Positions 1 to 12,510 of a stretch of DNA of 64,000 nt are shown here, piece after piece. The stretch spans positions 43,648,001-43,712,000 of the forward strand of contig OZ024755.1 in the NCBI GenBank assembly GCA_964016885.1, written 5' to 3'. Every line of letters starts with the position of its first letter. The stretch's first letter is position 1. The translations under genes and the position numbers were made by a program. The notes under the pieces are model-generated. The model was not told where the DNA came from. It saw only the letters and a program-made list of their open reading frames with translations, and did no database searches. Source of the DNA: Eledone cirrhosa (Eukaryota).

Positions 1-3000
1 GACAGTACCAACATATACTGTGTACCACAGTTGACAGTACCAACATATACTGTGTACCACTGTTGACAGTACCAACATATACTGGGTACCGCAGTTAACA
101 GTAGCAACATATACCGTGTACCACAGTTCAGAGTACCAACATATACTGTGTACCACAGTTGACAGTACCAACATATACTGTGTACCACAGTTGACAGTAC
201 CAAAATATACTGTGTACCATAGTTGACAGTGCCAACATATACCGTGTACCACAGTTGACAATACCAACATATACTGTGTACCACAGTTGACAGTACCAAC
301 ATATACTGTGTACCACAGTTGACAGTACCAACGTATACTGTGTACCACAGTTGACAGTACCGACATATACTGTGTAACACAGTTGACAGTACCAACATAT
401 ACCGTGTACCACAGTTGACAGTACCAACGTATACTGTGTACCACAGTTGAAAGTACCAACATATACTGTGTACCACAGTTGACAGTACCAACATATACTG
501 TGTACCACAGTTGACAGTACCAACATATACTGTGTACCACAGTTGACAGTACCAACGTATACTGTATACCACATTTGATAGTACCAACGTAAACTGTGTA
601 CCACAGTTGACAGTACCAACCTATACTGTGTACCACTGGTGACAGTACCAACATATACCGTGTACCACAGTTGACAGTACCAACATATACTGTATACCAC
701 AGTTGACAGTACCAACATATACTGTGTACCACAGTTGAGAGTACCAACGTATACCGTGTACCACAGTTGACAGTACCAACATACACTGTGTACCACAGTT
801 GAAAGTACCAACGTATACTGTGTACCACAGTTGACAATACCATCATATACTGTGTACCACAGTTGACAGTGCCAACATATACTATGTACCACAGTTGACA
901 GTACTAACATATACTGTGTACCACAATTGACAGTACCAACGTATACTGTGTACCACAGTTGACAGTACTAACGTATACTGTGTACCAAAGTTGACAATAC
1001 CAACATATACTGTGTATCACAGTTGACAGTACCAACATATACTGTGTACCACAGTTGACAGTACCAACATATACTGTGTACCACAGTTGACAATACCAGC
1101 GTATACTGTGCACCACAGTTGACAGTACCAACATATACCGTGTACCACAGTTGAGCGTACCAACATATACTGTGTACCACAGTTGATAGTACCAACATAT
1201 ACTGTGTACCAAAGTTGACAGTACCAACATATACTGTATACCACAGTTGACAGTACCAACGTATACTGTGTACCACAGTTGACAATACCAACGTATGCTG
1301 TGTACCACAGTTGACAATACCAACATATACCGTGTACCACGGTTGACAGTACCAACATATACTGTGTACCACAGTTGACAGTTCCAACATATATGGTGTA
1401 CCACTGTTGACACTACCGACATATACTGTGTAGCACATTTGACAGTACTAACATATACTGTGTACCACAGTTGCGAGTACCAACATATACTGGGTACCAC
1501 TGTTGATAGTACCAACATATACTGTGTACCACAGTTGACAGTATCAACATATACTGTGTACCATTATTGACAGTACCAACATATACTGTGTACCACAGTT
1601 GACAATACCAACATATACTGTGTACCATAGTTGACAGTACCAACATATACTGTGTACCACAGTTGACAGTACCAACATATACTGTGTACCATAGTTGACA
1701 GTATCAACGTATATGTGTACCACTGTTGACAGTACTAACATATGCTGTGTACCACAGTTGACAGTACCAACATATACTGTGTACCGCAGTTGACAGTACC
1801 AACATATCCTGTGTACCTCAGTTGACAGTACCAACATATACTGTGTACCACAGTTGACAGTACCAACATATACTGTGTACCACAGGTGACAGTACCAACG
1901 TATACTGTGTACCAGAGTTGACAGTACCAACATATACTGTGTACCACAGTTGACAGTACCAACATATACTGTGTACCACAGTTGACAGTACTAACATATA
2001 CCGTGTACCACAGTTGACAGTACCAACATATACTGTGTAGCACAATTGACAGTACCCACATATACTGTGTACCATAGTTGACAGTACCCACGTATACTGT
2101 GTACCACAGTTGATAGTACCAACATATAATATGTACCAAAGTTGTAAGTACCAACGTATACTTTGTACCACTGTTGACAGTACCAACATATACTGTGTAC
2201 CACAGTTGACAGTACAAACATATACTGTGTACTACATTTGAGAGTACCAACATATACTGTTTACCACATTTGACAGTACCAACATATACTGTGTGGCACA
2301 GTTGACAGTACCCACATATACTGGGTACCCCAGTTGATAGTACCAACGTATACTGTGTACCACATCTGACAGTTCCCACATATACAGGGTACAACAGTTG
2401 ACAATACCATCATATAGTGTGTACCACAGTTGACAGTACCAACATATACTGTGTACCACAGTTGACAGTACCAACGTATACTGTGTTCCACAGTTGACAG
2501 TACCAACATATACTGTGTACCATAGTTGACAGTGTCAACGTATCTGTGTACCACAGTTGACATTACTAACATATGCTGTGTACCACAGTTGACAGTACCA
2601 ACATATACTGTGTACCACAGTTGACTGTACCAACGTATACTGTGTACCACAGTTGAGAGTACCAACGTATACTGTGTACCACAGTTGATTGTAGCAACGT
2701 ATACTCTGTACCACAGTTGACAGTACCAACATATACTGTGTACCACAGTTGACAGTACCAACATATACTGTGTACCACTGTTGACAGTACCAACATATAC
2801 TGGGTACCGCAGTTAACAGTAGCAACATATACCGTGTACCACAGTTGAGAGTACCAACATATACTGTGTACCACAGTTGACAGTACCAACATATACTTTG
2901 TACCACAGTTGACAGTACCAAAATATACTGTGTACCATAGTTGACAGTGCCAACATATACCGTGTACCACAGTTGACAATACCAACATATACTGTGTACC

Positions 3001-3270
3001 ACAGTTGACAGTACCAACATATACTGTGTACCACAGTTGACAGTACCAACGTATACTGTGTACCACAGTTGACAGTACCAACATATACTGTGTAACACAG
3101 TTGACAGTACCAACATATACCGTGTACCACAGTTGACAGTACCAACGTATACTGTGTACCACAGTTGAAAGTACCAACATATACTGTGTACCACAGTTGA
3201 CAGTACCAACATATACTGTGTACCACAGTTGACAGTACCAACATATACTGTGTACCACAGTTGACAGTAC
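1..3270. repeat. Variant-defined block duplicated at ~9242-12510 (offset 9241 bp)
   Basis: Identical ORFs occur at constant offset 9241 (128/9369, 904/10145, 1735/10976, 2261/11502). Private variants are shared, e.g. cagttcagag at ~124 and ~9365, and actatgtacc at 881 and ~10122. Identity ends near 3270/12510, where the second copy has two extra monomers. Confidence 0.9.
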
Positions 3271-4989
3271 CAACCTATACTGTGTACCACTGGTGACAGT
3301 ACCAACATATACCGTGTACCACAGTTGACAGTACCAACATATACTGTATACCACTGTTGACAGTACCAACATATACTGTGTACCACAGTTGACAGTACCA
3401 ACGTATACTGTGTACCACTGTTGACAATACCAACATATACTGTGTACCACAGTTGACAGTACCAACATATACAGTGTACCACAGTTGACAGTACCAACAT
3501 ATACTGTGTACCACAGTTGACAGTACCAACATATACTGTGTACCACAGTTGACAGTACCAACATGTACCGTGTACCACAGTTGACAGTACCAACGTATAC
3601 TGTGTACCACAGTTAAGAGTACCAACGTATACTGTGTACCACAGTTGACAGTACCAACATATACTGTGTACCACAGTTGACAGTACCAACATATACTGTG
3701 TAGCACAGTTGACAGTACCAACGTATACTGTGTACCACAGTTGACAGTACCAACATATACTGTGTACCACTGTTGACAGTACCAACATATACCGTGTACC
3801 ACAGTTGACAGTACCAACGTATACTGTGTACCACTGTTGACAGTACCAACATATACCCTGTACCACAGTTCACAGTACCAACGTATACTGTTTATGTTAC
3901 CACAGTTGACAGTACCAACATATACTGTGTACCACAGTTGAGAGTACCAACATATACTGGGTACCACTGTTGACAGTAGCAACATATACTGTGTACCACA
4001 GTTGACAGTATCAACATATACTGTGTACCACAGTTGACAGTACCAACATATACTGTGTACCACTGTTGACTACCAACATATACCATGTACCACAGTTCAC
4101 AGTACCAACGTATACTGTGTATGTTACCACAGTTGACAGTACCAACATATACTGTGTACCACAGTTGAGAGTACCAACATATACTGGGTACCACTGTTGA
4201 CAGTACCAACATATACTGTGTACCACAGTTGACAGTACCAACATATACTGTGTACCACAGTTGACAGTACTAACGTATACTGTGTACCACAGTTGCCAAT
4301 GCCAACATATACTGCGTACCACAGTTGACAGTACCAACATATACTGTGTACCACAGTTAACAGTACCAACATATACTGTGTACCACAGTTGACAGTACCA
4401 ACATATACTGTGTACCACAGTTGACAGTACCAACATATACTGTGTACCTCAGTTGACAGTACCAACATATACTGTGTACCACAGTTGACAATACCAACAT
4501 ATACTGTGTACCACAGTTGACAGTACCAACATATACTGTGTACCACAGTTGACAGTACCAACATATACTGTGTACCACAGTTGACAGTACCAACATATAC
4601 TTTGTACCACAGTTGACAGTACCAACATATACTGTGTACCACAGTTAACAGTACCAACATATACTGTGTACCACATTTGACAGTACCAACGTATACTGTG
4701 TACCACAGTTGACAGTACCATCATATACTGTGTACCACAGTTGACAGTACCAACGTATACTGTGTACCAGAGTTGACAGTACCAACATATACTGTGTACC
4801 ACAGTTGACAGTACCAACATATACTGTTTACCACAGCTGACACTGCCAACATATACTGTGTACCACAGTTGAGAGTACCAACATATACTGTGTACCACAG
4901 TTGACAGTACCAACATGTACCGTCTACCACAGTTGATAGTACCAACGTATACTGTGTACCACAGTTGAGAGTACCAACGTATACTGTGT

Positions 4990-7100
4990 ACCACAGTTGA
5001 TTGTAGCAACGTATACTCTGTACCACAGTTGACAGTACCAACATATACTGTGTACCACAGTTGACAGTACCAACATATACTGTGTACCACTGTTGACAGT
5101 ACCAACATATACTGGGTACCGCAGTTAACAGTAGCAACATATACCGTGTACCACAGTTGAGAGTACCAACATATACTGTGTACCACAGTTGACAGTACCA
5201 ACATATACTGTGTACCACAGTTGACAGTACCAAAATATACTGTGTACCATAGTTGACAGTGCCAACATATACCGTGTACCACAGTTGACAATACCAACAT
5301 ATACTGTGTACCACAGTTGACAGTACCAACATATACTGTGTACCACAGTTGACAGTACCAACGTATACTGTGTACCACAGTTGACAGTACCAACATATAC
5401 TGTGTAACACAGTTGACAGTACCAACATATACCGTGTACCACAGTTGACAGTACCAACGTATACTGTGTACCACAGTTGAAAGTACCAACATATACTGTG
5501 TACCACAGTTGACAGTACCAACATATACTGTGTACCACAGTTGACAGTACCAACATATACTGTGTACCACAGTTGACAGTACCAACGTATACTGTATACC
5601 ACATTTGACAGTACCAACGTAAACTGTGCACCACAGTTGACAGTACCAACCTATACTGTGTACCACTGGTGACAGTACCAACATATACCGTGTACCACAG
5701 TTGACAGTACCAACATATACTGTATACCACTGTTGACAGTACCAACATATACTGTGTACCACAGTTGACAGTACCAACGTATACTGTGTATATTACCACA
5801 GTTGACAGTACCAACATATACTGTGTACCACAGTTGAGAGTACCAACGTATACCGTGTACCACAGTTGACAGTACCAACATATACTGTGTACCACAGTTG
5901 ACAGTACCAACATACACTGTGTACCACAGTTGAAAGTACCAACGTATACTGTGTACCACAGTTGACAATACCATCATATACTGTGTACCACAGTTGACAG
6001 TGCCAACATATACTGTGTACCACAGTTGACAGTACTAACATATACTGTGTACCACAATTGACAGTACCAACGTATACTGTGTACCACAGTTGACAGTACT
6101 AACGTATACTGTGTACCAAAGTTGACAATACCAACATATACTGTGTATCACAGTTGACAGTACCAACATATACTGTGTACCACAGTTGACAGTACCAACA
6201 TATACTGTGTACCACAGTTGACAATACCAGCGTATACTGTGCACCACAGTTGACAGTACCAACATATACCGTGTACCACAGTTGAGCGTACCAACATATA
6301 CTGTGTACCACAGTTGATAGTACCAACATATACTGTGTACCAAAGTTGACAGTACCAACATATACTGTATACCACAGTTGACAGTACCAACGTATACTGT
6401 GTACCACAGTTGACAATACCAACGTATGCTGTGTACCACAGTTGACAATACCAACATATACCGTGTACCACGGTTGACAGTACCAACATATACTGTGTAC
6501 CACAGTTGACAGTTCCAACATATATGGTGTACCACTGTTGACACTACCGACATATACTGCGTAGCACATTTGACAGTACTAACATATACTGTGTACCACA
6601 GTTGCGAGTACCAACATATACTGGGTACCACTGTTGATAGTACCAACATATACTGTGTACCACAGTTGACAGTATCAACATATACTGTGTACCATTATTG
6701 ACAGTACCAACATATACTGTGTACCACAGTTGACAATACCAACATATACTGTGTACCATAGTTGACAGTACCAACATATACTGTGTACCACAGTTGACAG
6801 TACCAACATATACTGTGTACCATAGTTGACAGTATCAACGTATATGTGTACCACTGTTGACAGTACTAACATATGCTGTGTACCACAGTTGACAGTACCA
6901 ACATATACTGTGTACCGCAGTTGACAGTACCAACATATCCTGTGTACCTCAGTTGACAGTACCAACATATACTGTGTACCACAGTTGACAGTACCAACAT
7001 ATACTGTGTACCACAGGTGACAGTACCAACGTATACTGTGTACCAGAGTTGACAGTACCAACATATACTGTGTACCACAGTTGACAGTACCAACATATAC
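4990..7100. repeat. Further partial copy of the ~2.7-kb higher-order unit (offset 5030, then 5131, relative to 1-1960)
   Basis: Marker gcagttaacagtagc lies at 91 and 5121. ORF pairs 904/6035, 968/6099 and 1413/6544 have offset 5131. The 101-bp difference equals one 37-bp plus two 32-bp monomers. Confidence 0.8.
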
Positions 7101-9241
7101 TGTGTACCACAGTTGACAGTACCAACATATACAGTGTACCACAGTTGACAGTGCCAACATATACTGTGTACCACAGCTGACACTACCAACATATACTTGT
7201 ACCTCAGTTGACAGTACTAACATATACTGTGTACCACAGTTGACAGTACCAACGTATACTGTGTACCACAGTTGACAGTACCAACGTATACTGTGTACCA
7301 CAGTTGACAATACCAACATATACTGTGTACCAGAGTTGACAGTACCAACGTATACTGTGTACCACTGTTGACAATACCAACATATACTGTGTACCACAGT
7401 TGACAGTACCAACATATACAGTGTACCACAGTTGACAGTACCAACATATACTGTGTACCACAGTTGACAGTACCAACATATACTGTGTACCACAGTTGAC
7501 AGTACCAACATGTACCGTGTACCACAGTTGACAGTACCAACGTATACTGTGTACCACAGTTAAGAGTACCAACGTATACTGTGTACCACAGTTGACAGTA
7601 CCAACATATACTGTGTACCACAGTTGACAGTACCAACATATACTGTGTAGCACAGTTGACAGTACCAACGTATACTGTGTACCACAGTTGACAGTACCAA
7701 CATATACTGTGTACCACTGTTGACAGTACCAACATATACCGTGTACCACAGTTGACAGTACCAACGTATACTGTGTACCACTGTTGACAGTACCAACATA
7801 TACCCTGTACCACAGTTCACAGTACCAACGTATACTGTTTATGTTACCACAGTTGACAGTACCAACATATACTGTGTACCACAGTTGAGAGTACCAACAT
7901 ATACTGGGTACCACTGTTGACAGTAGCAACATATACTGTGTACCACAGTTGACAGTATCAACATATACTGTGTACCACAGTTGACAGTACCAACATATAC
8001 TGTGTACCACAGTTGACACTACCAACATATATGGTGTACCACTGTTGACACTACCGACATATACTGCGTACCACAGTTGACAGTACCAACATATACTGTG
8101 TACCACAGTTGACAGTACCAACGTATACTGTGTACCACAGTTGCCAATGCCAACATATACTGTGTACCACAGTTGGCACTACAGTGCCAACATATACCGT
8201 GTACCACAGTTGACAATACCAACATATACTGTGTACCACAGTTGACAGTACCAACATATACTGTGTACCACAGTTGACAGTACCAACGTATACTGTGTAC
8301 CACAGTTGACAGTACCGACATATACTGTGTAACACAGTTGACAGTACCAACATATACTGTGTACCACAGTTGACAGTACCAACGTATACTGTGTACCACA
8401 GTTGCCAATGCCAACATATACTGTGTACCACAGTTGACAGTACCAACATATATGGTGTACCACTGTTGACACTACCGACATATACTGTGTACCACAGTTG
8501 ACAGACCAACATATACTGTGTACCACAGTTGACAGACCAACATATACTGTGTACCACAGTTGACAGTACCCACATATACTGGGTACTACAGTTGACAGTA
8601 CCCACATATACTGGGTACCACAGTTGACAGTACCAACATATACTGTGTACCACAGATGACTATCAACGTATACTGTGTACCACAGTTGACAGTACCAACA
8701 TATACTGTCTACCACAGTTGACAGTACCAACATATACTGTGTACCACATTTGACAGTACCAACATATACTGTATACCACAGTTGACAGTACACACATATA
8801 CTGGGTACCACAGTTGACAGTACCAACATATACTGTGTACCACAGTTGACAGTACAAACATATACTGTGTTCCACAGTTGACAGTGCCAACATATACTGT
8901 GTACCACAGTTGACAATACCAACATATACTGTGTACCACAGTTGACAGTACCAACATATACTGTGTACCACAGTTGACAGTACCAACGTATACTGTGTAC
9001 CACAGTTGACAGTACCAACATATACTGTGTACCACAGTGTACCACAGTGGACAGTACCAACATATACTGTGTACCACAGTTGAGAGTACCAACATGTACC
9101 GTCTACCACAGTTGATAGTACCAACATGTACCGTCTACCACAGTTGATAGTACCAACGTATACTGTGTACCACAGTTGAGAGTACCAACGTATACTGTGT
9201 ACCACAGTTGATTGTAGCAACGTATACTCTGTACCACAGTT

Positions 9242-12200
9242 GACAGTACCAACATATACTGTGTACCACAGTTGACAGTACCAACATATACTGTGTACCA
9301 CTGTTGACAGTACCAACATATACTGGGTACCGCAGTTAACAGTAGCAACATATACCGTGTACCACAGTTCAGAGTACCAACATATACTGTGTACCACAGT
9401 TGACAGTACCAACATATACTGTGTACCACAGTTGACAGTACCAAAATATACTGTGTACCATAGTTGACAGTGCCAACATATACCGTGTACCACAGTTGAC
9501 AATACCAACATATACTGTGTACCACAGTTGACAGTACCAACATATACTGTGTACCACAGTTGACAGTACCAACGTATACTGTGTACCACAGTTGACAGTA
9601 CCGACATATACTGTGTAACACAGTTGACAGTACCAACATATACCGTGTACCACAGTTGACAGTACCAACGTATACTGTGTACCACAGTTGAAAGTACCAA
9701 CATATACTGTGTACCACAGTTGACAGTACCAACATATACTGTGTACCACAGTTGACAGTACCAACATATACTGTGTACCACAGTTGACAGTACCAACGTA
9801 TACTGTATACCACATTTGATAGTACCAACGTAAACTGTGTACCACAGTTGACAGTACCAACCTATACTGTGTACCACTGGTGACAGTACCAACATATACC
9901 GTGTACCACAGTTGACAGTACCAACATATACTGTATACCACAGTTGACAGTACCAACATATACTGTGTACCACAGTTGAGAGTACCAACGTATACCGTGT
10001 ACCACAGTTGACAGTACCAACATACACTGTGTACCACAGTTGAAAGTACCAACGTATACTGTGTACCACAGTTGACAATACCATCATATACTGTGTACCA
10101 CAGTTGACAGTGCCAACATATACTATGTACCACAGTTGACAGTACTAACATATACTGTGTACCACAATTGACAGTACCAACGTATACTGTGTACCACAGT
10201 TGACAGTACTAACGTATACTGTGTACCAAAGTTGACAATACCAACATATACTGTGTATCACAGTTGACAGTACCAACATATACTGTGTACCACAGTTGAC
10301 AGTACCAACATATACTGTGTACCACAGTTGACAATACCAGCGTATACTGTGCACCACAGTTGACAGTACCAACATATACCGTGTACCACAGTTGAGCGTA
10401 CCAACATATACTGTGTACCACAGTTGATAGTACCAACATATACTGTGTACCAAAGTTGACAGTACCAACATATACTGTATACCACAGTTGACAGTACCAA
10501 CGTATACTGTGTACCACAGTTGACAATACCAACGTATGCTGTGTACCACAGTTGACAATACCAACATATACCGTGTACCACGGTTGACAGTACCAACATA
10601 TACTGTGTACCACAGTTGACAGTTCCAACATATATGGTGTACCACTGTTGACACTACCGACATATACTGTGTAGCACATTTGACAGTACTAACATATACT
10701 GTGTACCACAGTTGCGAGTACCAACATATACTGGGTACCACTGTTGATAGTACCAACATATACTGTGTACCACAGTTGACAGTATCAACATATACTGTGT
10801 ACCATTATTGACAGTACCAACATATACTGTGTACCACAGTTGACAATACCAACATATACTGTGTACCATAGTTGACAGTACCAACATATACTGTGTACCA
10901 CAGTTGACAGTACCAACATATACTGTGTACCATAGTTGACAGTATCAACGTATATGTGTACCACTGTTGACAGTACTAACATATGCTGTGTACCACAGTT
11001 GACAGTACCAACATATACTGTGTACCGCAGTTGACAGTACCAACATATCCTGTGTACCTCAGTTGACAGTACCAACATATACTGTGTACCACAGTTGACA
11101 GTACCAACATATACTGTGTACCACAGGTGACAGTACCAACGTATACTGTGTACCAGAGTTGACAGTACCAACATATACTGTGTACCACAGTTGACAGTAC
11201 CAACATATACTGTGTACCACAGTTGACAGTACTAACATATACCGTGTACCACAGTTGACAGTACCAACATATACTGTGTAGCACAATTGACAGTACCCAC
11301 ATATACTGTGTACCATAGTTGACAGTACCCACGTATACTGTGTACCACAGTTGATAGTACCAACATATAATATGTACCAAAGTTGTAAGTACCAACGTAT
11401 ACTTTGTACCACTGTTGACAGTACCAACATATACTGTGTACCACAGTTGACAGTACAAACATATACTGTGTACTACATTTGAGAGTACCAACATATACTG
11501 TTTACCACATTTGACAGTACCAACATATACTGTGTGGCACAGTTGACAGTACCCACATATACTGGGTACCCCAGTTGATAGTACCAACGTATACTGTGTA
11601 CCACATCTGACAGTTCCCACATATACAGGGTACAACAGTTGACAATACCATCATATAGTGTGTACCACAGTTGACAGTACCAACATATACTGTGTACCAC
11701 AGTTGACAGTACCAACGTATACTGTGTTCCACAGTTGACAGTACCAACATATACTGTGTACCATAGTTGACAGTGTCAACGTATCTGTGTACCACAGTTG
11801 ACATTACTAACATATGCTGTGTACCACAGTTGACAGTACCAACATATACTGTGTACCACAGTTGACTGTACCAACGTATACTGTGTACCACAGTTGAGAG
11901 TACCAACGTATACTGTGTACCACAGTTGATTGTAGCAACGTATACTCTGTACCACAGTTGACAGTACCAACATATACTGTGTACCACAGTTGACAGTACC
12001 AACATATACTGTGTACCACTGTTGACAGTACCAACATATACTGGGTACCGCAGTTAACAGTAGCAACATATACCGTGTACCACAGTTGAGAGTACCAACA
12101 TATACTGTGTACCACAGTTGACAGTACCAACATATACTTTGTACCACAGTTGACAGTACCAAAATATACTGTGTACCATAGTTGACAGTGCCAACATATA

Positions 12201-12510
12201 CCGTGTACCACAGTTGACAATACCAACATATACTGTGTACCACAGTTGACAGTACCAACATATACTGTGTACCACAGTTGACAGTACCAACGTATACTGT
12301 GTACCACAGTTGACAGTACCAACATATACTGTGTAACACAGTTGACAGTACCAACATATACCGTGTACCACAGTTGACAGTACCAACGTATACTGTGTAC
12401 CACAGTTGAAAGTACCAACATATACTGTGTACCACAGTTGACAGTACCAACATATACTGTGTACCACAGTTGACAGTACCAACATATACTGTGTACCACA
12501 GTTGACAGTA
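9242..12510. repeat. Second copy of the 1-3270 block
   Basis: Constant 9241-bp offset of identical variant monomers and ORFs relative to 1-3270. Confidence 0.9.

Noticed and set aside
12-26. Steroid-receptor response element (TGTACC half-site)
   Set aside because: Only one half-site is present. The partner position reads CATATA rather than AGAACA.
16-32. RAG recombination signal or Transib-like ends (TACTGTG-TAC-CACAGTT resembles head-to-head CACAGTG heptamers)
   Set aside because: Only 6/7 heptamer matches are present, with no ACAAAAACC-like nonamer at 12- or 23-bp spacing on either strand and no gene segments or transposase.
16-37. LexA/SOS box (CTGT-N8-ACAG)
   Set aside because: The spacing between CTGT and ACAG is 5 or 12 nt (10 in the 37-bp variant), not 8, and there is no bacterial gene context.
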